DNA of 64,000 bases from Verrucomicrobiota bacterium (GTDB lineage: Bacteria > Verrucomicrobiota > Verrucomicrobiia > Limisphaerales > UBA8199). Both the position numbers and the translations under genes were made by a program. Below the pieces are notes generated by a model, which was not told where the DNA came from, did not search any database, and saw only the letters and a list, made by a program, of their open reading frames with translations. Positions 19,991 to 29,726 of this stretch are shown in pieces (within the stretch, counting starts at the first letter, position 1; each line of letters begins with the position of its first letter). Location of the stretch: contig JAAYVL010000156.1 in NCBI GenBank assembly GCA_012517205.1, positions 290 to 64,289 of the forward strand, written 5' to 3'.

Positions 19991-22426
19991 ATGAAAGTCA
20001 CCTTTAACTGGCTTAAACAATACGTCGAGTTCGATTGGTCGCCGGCCGAACTGGCCGAGCGGCTAACCATGCTGGGGCTGGAAGTTGAGAACGTCCAGAA
20101 GCTGGAAGGCGAATTCGAGGGCGTGGTCGTTGCGCAGGTGGTCACCAAGGACAAACACCCGAATGCCGACAAACTCAATGTCTGCCGGGTCAACGATGGC
20201 CAAGGCGAGCGCCAGATTGTCTGCGGGGCGCAGAACTTCAAGGCGGGCGACAAGGTGCCGCTGATCCTGCCCGGTTTCAGCCTGCCCGCCAAACCCGGCG
20301 AGGCGCCGCTGCTCATCAAAGTGGGCAAAATCCGCGGCGTGGAATCGCTGGGCATGATGTGCGCGCCGCAGGAACTCGGCTTGGGGGACGAGGTGTCGGG
20401 GCTGCTTATTTTACGCGAGGACGCCCGGGTTGGGCAGCCTTTTTCCGAGTATCTCGGCCGCTCCGGCACCGACATGGTCTATGACCTGGAAATTACGCCC
20501 AACCGGCCTGATCTCAATAGCGTCATCGGCATCGCGCGCGAGATCAGCGCCGTGACCGGCAACCCGCTGCGGCTGCCCGAGGTGAATCTCACCGAAGCGA
20601 GCGGGCGGGTGGCGGACGCGGTGGCGGTGCGCATTGAGGACGCCGAATTATGCCCGCGGTACACCGCGCGGGTGATTCGCGGAGTCAAGGTCGCCGCGAG
20701 CCCGGATTGGCTGCGGCACGCACTGGAAAAGGTGGGCGTCCGCAGCATTAATAACGTCGTGGACGTGACCAACTATGTGATGCTGGAGACGGGCCAGCCG
20801 CTGCACGCTTTTGATTATCATTTGCTGGCGAAATCGGCTGCGAATGGCCTGCCCACCATCGTCATTCGCCCCGCCGCGGAGGGCGAAAAGTTCATTACCC
20901 TGGACGGTCAGGAGCGTGCCTTGACCCGCCAGATGCTGTTGATTGCCGACGAGACCAAGGCGGTGGCCCTGGCGGGGGTCATGGGCGGTCAGAACAGCGA
21001 AATCAACCCGAACACGGTGGACGTGTTGATTGAAAGCGCCTGCTTTAAGCCGCAGAACATCCGCGCCACCTCCAGGAAGCTGGATTTGCGCACGGAGTCG
21101 TCGTACCGCTATGAACGCGGCGCGGATATCGGGATTTGTGATTGGGCCAGCCAGCGGGCGGCGCAGTTGATCCTGGCAACGGCGGGCGGCAAGCTGGCCC
21201 GGGGGCTGGTGGATGCCTGGCCGCAGCCATTTGCGCCCCGGCAGATTACCCTGCGCCATGCCCAATGCGATGCGGTGCTCGGCGTGGCGATTCCGGCGGC
21301 GCAGCAAACCCAGTTCTTACAGCGGTTGGCGTTGAAGGTTGAGGCGGGCCCCGCGGGCGAGCCGCCGGCAACCACGTTTGGCGTGCCGTCGTTTCGCGTG
21401 GACTTGAAACGCGAGATTGATCTGATTGAGGAAGTGGCCCGGCTTTATGGGGTGGATAAGATTCCCGCCACCCCTCCGCGCGGCGCCGTCGGCGCCCATC
21501 CCCACGATGCGGTGCATGATCAACTCGCGAATGTCCGCCGTATTCTGACCGGACTCGGGCTGTATGAGGCGCAAGGGCAGACGCTCGTTTCGGACGTGGT
21601 CGCCAGGCTTACTCACGGCAGTGCGCTGGTCCCGCTGTCCAACCCGCTGAGCAGCGATATGAACGTGCTGCGGCCCAGCCTGCTGCCGGGCTTGCTCGCG
21701 GCATTGCGCCATAATGTTAGCCGCAAAATCAATGACCTCGCCTTGTTCGAGGTGGGGCGCGTCTTCCTTGAGAGCGAAGGCCAGCGTCGTGAAGAACGCC
21801 GCGTGGCTCTGGCCTTGACCGGGCAGCGCCATCCGCTTTTCTGGAGCGGAGAGGAGCGGGAGGCCAGGTTTGATATCAGTGATCTTAAGGGCTTGCTGGA
21901 GGAATTCCTCGAGCAATTTGGCGTGCGCGGAATGAATTACGTGCGCCGCCCAGAGAGCACCGCCCTCTTCCTTGAGTCGGCCACCGTGCATCTCGGCCGC
22001 TTCCAGCTTGGCGAGTTTGGTCTATTGCTGCCATCGCTGGCTCGGCAGCATGATTTGCGGGATGCCGTGCTGTTGGCCGAGTTAAACCTTGACCTGCTGT
22101 TGGCACGCCGCAACCCAAATAAATCGTTCCGGCCGCTGCCGGCCTTCCCGGCCATTCGCCGGGATATAGCCATGATTCTGCCCGCGGCGACCACCCATGA
22201 GAGCATACTGCAAGTGATTAAGCAGGCCAAACCGGCGAATTTGGAGGCGGTGGAGCTGTTTGACGTGTTCCGGGGCAAGAATGTTCCTGCCGGCCAAAAG
22301 AGCATGGCTTACGCATTCACTTATCGCCACGCCGACCGGACGCTCACGGACGCCGAAGTCAACGCCGTGCATGATAAACTGGTGGTCCACCTCAAGCAAA
22401 GGTTGCAGGCCACGGTGCGGGAATAG
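19991..22426 (+). CDS. pheT: Phenylalanyl-tRNA synthetase beta subunit
   Basis: MKVTFNWLKQYV, KHPNADKL, IVCGAQN, EITPNRPD, INNVVDVTNYVMLETGQPLHAFD, C-terminal FDX-ACB (RDIAM, LFDVFRG). Confidence 0.97.
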   Translation: MKVTFNWLKQYVEFDWSPAELAERLTMLGLEVENVQKLEGEFEGVVVAQVVTKDKHPNADKLNVCRVNDGQGERQIVCGAQNFKAGDKVPLILPGFSLPAKPGEAPLLIKVGKIRGVESLGMMCAPQELGLGDEVSGLLILREDARVGQPFSEYLGRSGTDMVYDLEITPNRPDLNSVIGIAREISAVTGNPLRLPEVNLTEASGRVADAVAVRIEDAELCPRYTARVIRGVKVAASPDWLRHALEKVGVRSINNVVDVTNYVMLETGQPLHAFDYHLLAKSAANGLPTIVIRPAAEGEKFITLDGQERALTRQMLLIADETKAVALAGVMGGQNSEINPNTVDVLIESACFKPQNIRATSRKLDLRTESSYRYERGADIGICDWASQRAAQLILATAGGKLARGLVDAWPQPFAPRQITLRHAQCDAVLGVAIPAAQQTQFLQRLALKVEAGPAGEPPATTFGVPSFRVDLKREIDLIEEVARLYGVDKIPATPPRGAVGAHPHDAVHDQLANVRRILTGLGLYEAQGQTLVSDVVARLTHGSALVPLSNPLSSDMNVLRPSLLPGLLAALRHNVSRKINDLALFEVGRVFLESEGQRREERRVALALTGQRHPLFWSGEEREARFDISDLKGLLEEFLEQFGVRGMNYVRRPESTALFLESATVHLGRFQLGEFGLLLPSLARQHDLRDAVLLAELNLDLLLARRNPNKSFRPLPAFPAIRRDIAMILPAATTHESILQVIKQAKPANLEAVELFDVFRGKNVPAGQKSMAYAFTYRHADRTLTDAEVNAVHDKLVVHLKQRLQATVRE

Positions 22427-22521
22427 AGGTTCTTGACGCGAAACGTGAATGGGGGCGAGGCCCGGGAACTGGCACCACGGCGGTAAGGCGCCCGCCCGGC
22501 TTCTCCGTATCCGTTCAAGTG

Positions 22522-22704
22522 CTACCGACTAAGCAAGTACAGGGCGCAAGCCAGGACCCCCGAAACCACCAGGGCTACCGCGAGCGACCAGCGCAAGTGG
22601 CGCAGCTCTTTGCGCCGCCGTGCTTTTCCGCCCATGCCCGGCAGCAAATAAAATCGCTGCGGCTCTTTGTCTCGCTCAAACCAGCGCATCGCAAAAAGCT
22701 TCAT
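22522..22704 (-). CDS. Small putative membrane protein (basic N-terminus + single C-terminal TM)
   Basis: 60 aa: RFYLLPGMGGKARRRKELRHLRW-SLAVALVVSGVLACALYLLSR. Sits in an otherwise empty gap; basic stretch followed by a clear hydrophobic helix. Confidence 0.55.
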   Translation of the reverse strand: MKLFAMRWFERDKEPQRFYLLPGMGGKARRRKELRHLRWSLAVALVVSGVLACALYLLSR

Positions 22705-22980
22705 GATCGGAAATGGTTCCCTGCTGCTGAACTCTTATTCACGCAAATCGCCAACTCCTTCCACGAGGATTCCAGGCTGCCTGCCCGGCGGCCTGAAAGT
22801 CATGGTGCGCGAACAATTCCTGCATGTTGAACCACATGTCTGGCCTTTAACATGCCCTCGGATGCGCAAAATCGCCAGTCCTTTTTCCAGTCGCCCGCGG
22901 ACTTCGCGCCGCGCATAAGCAGCAATTCGGGCGGCGGAAAGGCATTGAACGTGAAGCAGGTTATGCTACAACCCGCAGCG

Positions 22981-23874
22981 ATGAAGATTAATCGCCGGCA
23001 GTTCATCCAGGTCAGCAGTTTATCCCTGGGCGCCGTGAGCCTGGCCCCGGAGTGGTCCCGGGGGGCGGCGGCTTCCGGACCCGTCAGCTTCATTGTCCGG
23101 CCGCCCAGGATGCATTTGGGCCTGGTCACCTACAATCTGGCGCAGGATTGGGATATCCCCACCATCATCCGGAACTGCGAAACGGCGCAATTCGAAGGGG
23201 TGGAGCTCCGCACGAGCCACGCTCACAAGGTAGAGGTCAACCTTACGCGTGAGCAGCGCCAGGAGGTTAAAAAGCGGTTCGCCGATTCGAAGGTCCAACT
23301 GGTTGGATTGGGCAGCACGTTCGATTACCACACGCCCGACCAGGCCAAGCTGCGCAAGGATATCGAGGCGACGCGCGAATACCTTGTCCTGGCCCATGAT
23401 GTGGGCGCTCACGGAATCAAGGTGCGGCCGAATGCGCTGCCCCCGGAGGTTCCCGTGGCGAAGACTTTGGCGCAAATCGGGCGCGCCCTGGGAGAGTTGG
23501 GCGACTTCGCCCGCGATCACGGACAGGTGATTCGTCTTGAAGTCCATGGCGCTGGCACCTCTTTTCCTCCGCATATTAAGACCATCCTGGATACGGCCAA
23601 TCATCCCAGCGTCGGCGCCTGTTGGAACTCCAATCCGACGGACCTGGACGGCGAGGGATGGGACCACAACTTTGACCTGCTCAAGGATAAGATCTTTTGC
23701 GTACATATGCGCGATCTGTTTATTGAAGATTACCCCTTCCGGAAGCTGCTCACGCGTTTAAATGCCATCAACTTCACCGGCTTCTGCCTGGCGGAGATTC
23801 CGGCCAGCGCGGACCCCGTACGAGTGATGAAATACTACCGAGCCCTTTGGCTGGCCTACCAGGAGCTGTTGTAG
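22981..23874 (+). CDS. Sugar phosphate isomerase/epimerase (xylose-isomerase-like TIM barrel) with Tat signal
   Basis: MKINRRQFIQ Tat motif; FEGVELR, IKVRPN, IRLEVHG, VGACWNSN, VHMRDL, CLAE metal-binding pattern. Confidence 0.85.
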   Translation: MKINRRQFIQVSSLSLGAVSLAPEWSRGAAASGPVSFIVRPPRMHLGLVTYNLAQDWDIPTIIRNCETAQFEGVELRTSHAHKVEVNLTREQRQEVKKRFADSKVQLVGLGSTFDYHTPDQAKLRKDIEATREYLVLAHDVGAHGIKVRPNALPPEVPVAKTLAQIGRALGELGDFARDHGQVIRLEVHGAGTSFPPHIKTILDTANHPSVGACWNSNPTDLDGEGWDHNFDLLKDKIFCVHMRDLFIEDYPFRKLLTRLNAINFTGFCLAEIPASADPVRVMKYYRALWLAYQELL

Positions 23875-24158
23875 CCGCTGGGACCCGTGGGCAAATTCGT
23901 CCGGTTCCCGGGCGGGACCACGGCGTCAACGATTTGGCCTCCGCCGATTTCCATCTTCCGATCCGGCACACTCCGGTACGGCCAAAGCTAAGGCACTGAG
24001 AGCGGGCTGCCTCGGCCGGCATTGTGGGGTTCCATCCCTCAAATCAGAGACAACGCACGCTCTGGGTTTGGAATCTAAAAGCATCTTCGGCGTCACTGGT
24101 CGCGCACGGCGGCCAACCGGCTTTAGTCTGAACTCCCGTTTAGACGAGAAGAGTTACA

Positions 24159-25820
24159 CTACCATCCGGCAGCTTTGCCGCCTGCGCGAGGGTCAGCGGC
24201 TCCCACGAAAGCCTTGCCATCGCGGCTGCGCGCCACGATTTGAGATACGCCAATCGAAGACAACTCATTGAGTTTATGGCCGCGCCGGACCAGTTCCGTT
24301 CGCAAGTTCTGCGGCAAGGCCTTCTCGATCATTAATTCGTCCGGAGACCATTGGTGGTGAATGCGCGGCTGGGCCAGCGCTTGCTGCGGGTCCATCTCCA
24401 AATCCAGCAGGCAGACCAGTTCGAGGAGGACTTGCGAGATGATCCGGGGCCCGCCAGCCGCTCCGAGAGCGATGATGGGCTTGTCATCTTTGAGCACCAG
24501 GGTGGGGGCCATGCTCGAAAGCGGGCGCTTTCGGGGGGCGATGGCGTTGGCGTGGCCGCCCACCAGCCCGAAGTAGTTTCTGACGCCCGGCTGAACGGAA
24601 AAATCATCCATCTGGTTGTTCATCACCACGCCCGTGCCGGGGATTACCACCTTGGAGCCGAAACTCGTATTGATGGTGGCTGTGCAGGCTACCCAGTTGC
24701 CCTCCTGGTCCGCAACCGAGAAGTGAGTGGTGTGCTTTCGGAATACATCGGTCTCCCAACCCGGCGGCGAGCCGTGGGCGGTGACGCTGGTCGTGCGTTC
24801 CAGGTTGATGCGGCGCGCCAGCGTGGCCGCATAAGTTCGGTCCATCAGCCCGCGCGGGACATTCACAAAGTCCGGGTCACCCAGCCAATATGCGCGGTCG
24901 GCGAAGGCCAGCTTCATGGCTTCAGCAATCACATGCAGACGGGTGGCTTCTCCGAGCGTTTTCAGGTTGAACGGCTCCAGCAGGTTGAGCATCTGGGCCA
25001 CATGAATGCCGCCGGAACTGGGCGGGGGAAAACCAATCACGCTATATTCCCGGTAGCGGGAGCGGAGAGGCTCGCGAAGACATACCTGGTAATTCCGAAA
25101 GTCTTCAGCCGTCAGGATGCCTCCATTTTCCCGCATCCATCGTTGCACCGCCTGCGCAAAGGGGCCTCGGTAGAACCAGTCGCTGCCTCCCGCCGCGATG
25201 CTCCGATAGGTAGCCGCCAGGTCTGGCTGTTTAAGAATGGCTCCTTTGGCCAGAGGCTTCCCGTTCGCGAAGAACACTGCGCGGGATGATTCAAACCGCG
25301 CCAGGTCTTTCGCCACGCGCTGAAGGCAGCGGGCGTAACCGGCGTTGAGCGGAGACCCTTTTTCCGCGAGGTCCGCCGCCGGGAGCAGGAGGTCGGCGAG
25401 CTTGCGCTTGCCATGATGCGTGACGGCGAACTCGTAAGCTGCCAGCGCCCCCGGCACTCCGCTGGCCAGCGCCCCAACCTGGCTCAGGGTGGTATCAGCC
25501 TTGCCCTCGCGGATAAACATGTCCGGCGTGGCCGCCGCCGGCGCCATCTCGCGCCCGTCAATGGCCACCAGGGAACCATCGGCCCGGTGAATAAGCATGA
25601 AGCAGCCCCCTCCGATGCCGGAATTGTCGGTGTCCACCACCCCCAACGTCAGCGCTACGGCCACGGCCGCATCCACCGCGTTGCCGCCTTCTTTGAGCAC
25701 GCGCACTCCCGCATCGGTCGCCAGCGGATGAACGGAGGCGACCATTCCGTGCGCAGCTTCCGCACCGGTTGCGCTGACGGCGGCGAGCAGAAGGGACATC
25801 ATGAAAATTACTGGAAACAT
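24159..25820 (-). CDS. ggt: Gamma-glutamyltransferase
   Basis: GGNAVDAAVA, SGIGGGCFM, IDGREMAP, PPPSSGG, catalytic HTTHFSV, TINTSFGS, NNQMDDFS, KRPLSSMAPT, GAADPR. Start placed at ATG 25820. Confidence 0.95.
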   Translation of the reverse strand: MFPVIFMMSLLLAAVSATGAEAAHGMVASVHPLATDAGVRVLKEGGNAVDAAVAVALTLGVVDTDNSGIGGGCFMLIHRADGSLVAIDGREMAPAAATPDMFIREGKADTTLSQVGALASGVPGALAAYEFAVTHHGKRKLADLLLPAADLAEKGSPLNAGYARCLQRVAKDLARFESSRAVFFANGKPLAKGAILKQPDLAATYRSIAAGGSDWFYRGPFAQAVQRWMRENGGILTAEDFRNYQVCLREPLRSRYREYSVIGFPPPSSGGIHVAQMLNLLEPFNLKTLGEATRLHVIAEAMKLAFADRAYWLGDPDFVNVPRGLMDRTYAATLARRINLERTTSVTAHGSPPGWETDVFRKHTTHFSVADQEGNWVACTATINTSFGSKVVIPGTGVVMNNQMDDFSVQPGVRNYFGLVGGHANAIAPRKRPLSSMAPTLVLKDDKPIIALGAAGGPRIISQVLLELVCLLDLEMDPQQALAQPRIHHQWSPDELMIEKALPQNLRTELVRRGHKLNELSSIGVSQIVARSRDGKAFVGAADPRAGGKAAGW

Positions 25821-26061
25821 TGACGCGCCCAGCATGCCAGCCTGCGTGTCTCCTGTCCAATCATTCCGCCATTTGGGCGGCTTCTCTGGCGTTTTTGAAT
25901 GGAGCCTTCGGGACCTCGCGCGGCCGCCATAAACAAGGAGGCCTCCTCCCCTTCGTGGCTCCCGCAAGGCGCCTTGCATTTACGGCGCCGGTTTGGCAGA
26001 GTCAGCCCGCGAACGGAGGCCAATTCTCTGCCGACGGCAAGCGAAGGGGCCTTTTCCGAGT

Positions 26062-27309
26062 ATGTCTGACTCATATATCCAGAACCTGATCGCGGAGCGC
26101 ATCGGCGGCCGGCAATACGGCAAAGGGGCGGCCGGTTATAGGTTCGAGAAGATTAAACAGGCCAGGCGCGCCGCGATGGCCGCGCATCCGGACGGGGAGA
26201 TTCTGGACTTTGGCATCGGCGAGCCGGATGAGATGGCTTATCCGGAGGTGGTGGACAAACTCTGCGCGGAAGCGCGCAAGCCGGAGAACCGCGGCTATGC
26301 CGATAACGGCGGCGTGGTTTTAAAGGAAGCGGCCGCGCGGTACCTGGAGCGTGTTTGCGGAGTCAAGGGAATCAACCCGGAGACCGAAGTCATCCACTCG
26401 ATGGGCAGCAAGGCGGCGCTTGCGATCCTGCCGGCGGCGCTGATCAACCCCGGCGATTATGCGCTGATGACCGTGCCCGGCTATCCGGTTTTCGGCACAC
26501 ACGCGCAGTATCTCGGCGGTCGGGTCTATAACCTGCCGCTGACGGAGGACAACGGCTTCCTGCCGGACCTGGACTCGGTGCCGGCGCCGGTGCTTCAGCA
26601 GGCCAAGGTGCTCGTGCTGAATTATCCCAATAATCCCACGGGCGCGACCGCAACGCCGCAATTCTTCGCGCAGGTGGTGGCTTTCGCCCGGAAGCATCGG
26701 CTGGTAGTCATCCACGATGCGGCTTACGCGGCGCTGGTGTTCGAGGGCAGGCCGCTGAGTTTTCTGGCGACGCCCGGAGCCCGGGAAGTCGGCGTGGAAC
26801 TGCACTCGGCCAGCAAGTCTTTTAATATGACGGGGTGGCGCTGCGGTTTTGTCGCGGGGAACGAACTGTTGGTGCGCGCCTATGGCGAGGTTAAAAACAA
26901 CACGGATTCCGGCCAGTTCCTGGCCATACAACATGCAGCCGCCCACGGCTTCGACCATCCCGAAATCACGGCGCGAATCGCCGCCAGGTATTCGCGGCGG
27001 ATGGATGACCTGATCAAGGTGCTGGGAACCGCCGGGTTCCAACCCCGCAAACCGAAAGGCTCGTTTTTCCTTTATGTCAAGGCACCCAAAGCCGCAGTGA
27101 GCCCAGCCGGTGCGCGGGTTGAATTTCAGACCGCCGAAGAAGCGTCCCAGTGGCTGATCACAGAAAAGCTCATCTCCACAGTGCCGTGGGATGACGCGGG
27201 CGCTTACCTGCGCTTCAGCGTGACCTTTGCCGCCAGGGACCGCGCGGACGAAGACCGCATTTTCCATGAAATGGCCCGGCGTCTCGGCGAAGGACAATTC
27301 GAGTTTTGA
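26062..27309 (+). CDS. dapL: LL-diaminopimelate aminotransferase (PLP class I/II)
   Basis: FGIGEPD, LNYPNNPTGA, HDAAYAAL, ELHSASKSFNMTGWRCGF; N-terminus (ERIGG.QYGK...YRFEKIK) resembles DapL2-type enzymes as I recall them. Confidence 0.78.
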   Translation: MSDSYIQNLIAERIGGRQYGKGAAGYRFEKIKQARRAAMAAHPDGEILDFGIGEPDEMAYPEVVDKLCAEARKPENRGYADNGGVVLKEAAARYLERVCGVKGINPETEVIHSMGSKAALAILPAALINPGDYALMTVPGYPVFGTHAQYLGGRVYNLPLTEDNGFLPDLDSVPAPVLQQAKVLVLNYPNNPTGATATPQFFAQVVAFARKHRLVVIHDAAYAALVFEGRPLSFLATPGAREVGVELHSASKSFNMTGWRCGFVAGNELLVRAYGEVKNNTDSGQFLAIQHAAAHGFDHPEITARIAARYSRRMDDLIKVLGTAGFQPRKPKGSFFLYVKAPKAAVSPAGARVEFQTAEEASQWLITEKLISTVPWDDAGAYLRFSVTFAARDRADEDRIFHEMARRLGEGQFEF

Positions 27310-27380
27310 GCCGCGGGAATAAGCTCCTCGGAGGCTTCCGGCATTCCGGCTTGATCGGCGGGCGTTGCCGTTTCCCGCTT

Positions 27381-27414
27381 GCAGTTCCCGCTTGTTTTTT
27401 CCTGCGGGAACTGC
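27381..27414. other. Intergenic hairpin (11-bp perfect stem) between dapL and the MCP gene
   Basis: GCAGTTCCCGC-TTGTTTTTTCCT-GCGGGAACTGC. No U-tract after the stem, so function is unclear. Confidence 0.4.
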
Positions 27415-27601
27415 TATTGAAGCGCTCACAGAAACGCGAGCGCACCATGCATGCGGCCCTGAAGCCTAATCCGGCTCTGACTTGGATCAGAGACGCGGGC
27501 GGTTGCCGCGAGCTTTCTGTTCCCGGCGGTTGCCACGCCCGGGGGCGGGAGACCGCCCGCCGCGCCGGGTTCCGGGCGCCAACTCCTGACAGCCACACCC
27601 C

Positions 27602-29197
27602 ATGAAGACCGTGACTCTCTGGCGACGGCTGAACGTAGCGTTCTGGCTGCTGGTGGTGCTGTTGTTGGCCAGCGTGGGCCTGGCGCTGTGGGTGTCCGGC
27701 GCCCGCAGCGAAGCCGATCGGCGCAGCGAGCAGTTGGCGGCGGCGCGGGCGACCATTACCTACAAAGTCGTGCTCATCAGCGATACGGTGCGGGGGCTTC
27801 TGCTGGCTCCGCAAGATACGGTGGAGAAACGGCATAAGCGTGAGGCGGAAAATGACCTGGCCGCACAACTGAACTTCATCCGATCGGAGTTTGCCGGCCA
27901 CCTTGCCCTGTTGCGCGCGGTCAGCAACCTGAGCGACTTCACTTCTCATACCCTCGCGGATTTTCATCGGCTGGTGCTGGAGACCGCGGAGAACGATCCC
28001 GCCGGGGCCATCGCCCTTTACAACCGGGATTATCCAGCCATCCGCGACGAGCGCGGCAAGCTGTTCAAAGAGCTGGCCATGGAAATACAGCATGTGCAGG
28101 ACCAGGAGTCGGCGGCCAGCCGGACGCTGGGGTGGGCGGGGCTGGCGCCCCTAGTCATCATCCTTTTGGCGATTCCCATCGTGGGCCGCGTGCATTCCCA
28201 CACCGTCACCCGGCCGCTGAACCGGTTGGTCGCCGCCCTTGAGCGGATGCGGCAGGGCGACTTTACCGAACGCCTGGAAGTCCGGCGCCGCGATGAATTT
28301 GGCCTCCTGAGCGAGGGGCTTAATCGCCTGGCCGACAACCTGTCGGAGCTCGTGGGGCAGGTGCAGCGCTCCGGCAACCAGGTTTCCGGCACGGCTACAG
28401 AGATTGCCGCGGCGGCCCGCGAGCAACAGGGCACCTCCCGCGAAATCGCCACCACCACAGCGGAAATCGGCACCACTTCCCGGCGGATTTCCGCCACCTC
28501 CCAGGAGCTGGTGCGGACGATGAACGAAGTCAGCCAGGTAGCCGGGCAAACCGCCGACCTGGCCGGCAGCGGTCATACGGCCCTCACGCGCATGGAGGCG
28601 ACCATGCTCCAGATCATGGAAGCTTCGGGCTCGATCACCGCCAAACTGGCGGTGCTGAGCGAAAAAACGGCCAATATCAACTCCGTCGTCACCACCATCA
28701 CCAAGGTTGCCGATCAAACCAACCTGCTCTCCCTCAACGCGGCCATCGAAGCCGAGAAAGCCGGCCAATACGGCCTGGGATTTGCGGTGGTCGCCACGGA
28801 AATCCGCCGCCTGGCCGACCAGACCGCCGTGGCCACCTACGATATCGAGAAGATGGTCAAGGAAATGCAATCGGCCGTCACCGCCGGCGTCATGAGCACG
28901 GACAAGTTTTCCGAGGAAGCGCGCCGCGGCATCGAGGAAATCCGGAGGGTGGGCACGCATTTGGCCCAGATTATCCATCAAGTGCAAACCCTGACCCCGC
29001 GGTTTCAGGCGGCCAATGAAGGCATGCACGCGCAGGCGGCCGGCGCCCAGCAGATTAGCGACACCCTGACGCAACTGACCGAGGCGGCCCAGCAAACCGC
29101 CGAATCGTTGCGGCAATCCAACCTGGCCATCGAGCAGCTCAACGGCGCCGCCCGCAGCCTGCAAGCCAGCGTGGCCCGGTTCAAGCTCTCGTCCTAG
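27602..29197 (+). CDS. Methyl-accepting chemotaxis protein (WspA-like)
   Basis: TM-periplasmic-TM-HAMP (RRDEFGLL) followed by signalling domain ITKVADQTNLLSLNAAIEAEKAGQYGLGFAVVATEIRRLADQT. Confidence 0.92.
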   Translation: MKTVTLWRRLNVAFWLLVVLLLASVGLALWVSGARSEADRRSEQLAAARATITYKVVLISDTVRGLLLAPQDTVEKRHKREAENDLAAQLNFIRSEFAGHLALLRAVSNLSDFTSHTLADFHRLVLETAENDPAGAIALYNRDYPAIRDERGKLFKELAMEIQHVQDQESAASRTLGWAGLAPLVIILLAIPIVGRVHSHTVTRPLNRLVAALERMRQGDFTERLEVRRRDEFGLLSEGLNRLADNLSELVGQVQRSGNQVSGTATEIAAAAREQQGTSREIATTTAEIGTTSRRISATSQELVRTMNEVSQVAGQTADLAGSGHTALTRMEATMLQIMEASGSITAKLAVLSEKTANINSVVTTITKVADQTNLLSLNAAIEAEKAGQYGLGFAVVATEIRRLADQTAVATYDIEKMVKEMQSAVTAGVMSTDKFSEEARRGIEEIRRVGTHLAQIIHQVQTLTPRFQAANEGMHAQAAGAQQISDTLTQLTEAAQQTAESLRQSNLAIEQLNGAARSLQASVARFKLSS

Positions 29198-29204
29198 CCC
29201 GGGC

Positions 29205-29687
29205 ATGGTGTTCCTGCTTTTCCAGTTGGGCTCGGGCCGTTATGCGCTGGAGGCCAGCCGCGTGGTCGAGGTGGTGCCCCTGCTGGAAATGAAGCCGCTC
29301 CCCCAGGCGCCGCGCGGAGTCGCGGGCATCTTCAATTACCGCGGCCGCCCCGTCCCCGCGGTGGACTTATCCGCGCTCACGCTGGGCCAGCCCGCCAGCG
29401 AACGCCTCAGCACCCGGATTATCATCGTCCATTGTCCGGACGAGAGCGGAAACGATCATTTGCTCGGGCTGATTGCCGAGCATGCCACCGAGCTGCTCCA
29501 TAAAGAGCCCAGTGCTTTCATAGATTCCGGGGTGAAGTTGAGCCGGGCGCCCTACCTGGGCCCGATCCTCATGGGGTCGCCCGGCCCCATTCAGTGGATT
29601 TACGAGCAGCGCCTGCTTCCGGAAGCCGTGCGCAACGTCCTGTTCGCGGAAACCGTCGTCTCCCAACTTCCCGACGGCCCGGCTTGA
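29205..29687 (+). CDS. CheW-like scaffold (WspB-like)
   Basis: MVFLLFQLGSGRYALEASRVVEVVPL...PQAPRGVAGIFNYRGRPVPAVDL...RLSTRII...LLGLIAEHAT, close to the WspB pattern. Confidence 0.88.
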   Translation: MVFLLFQLGSGRYALEASRVVEVVPLLEMKPLPQAPRGVAGIFNYRGRPVPAVDLSALTLGQPASERLSTRIIIVHCPDESGNDHLLGLIAEHATELLHKEPSAFIDSGVKLSRAPYLGPILMGSPGPIQWIYEQRLLPEAVRNVLFAETVVSQLPDGPA

Positions 29688-29726
29688 TTTGCCGCCGGAG
29701 CGCCCGGCGGCTATGCGGACGGGCGC

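Noticed and set aside
27310-27601. c-di-GMP riboswitch upstream of the Wsp-like pair
   Set aside because: No GEMM-like consensus (GGCAAAC..GAAA..GACGCAAAG) was recognised; only a generic hairpin is present.
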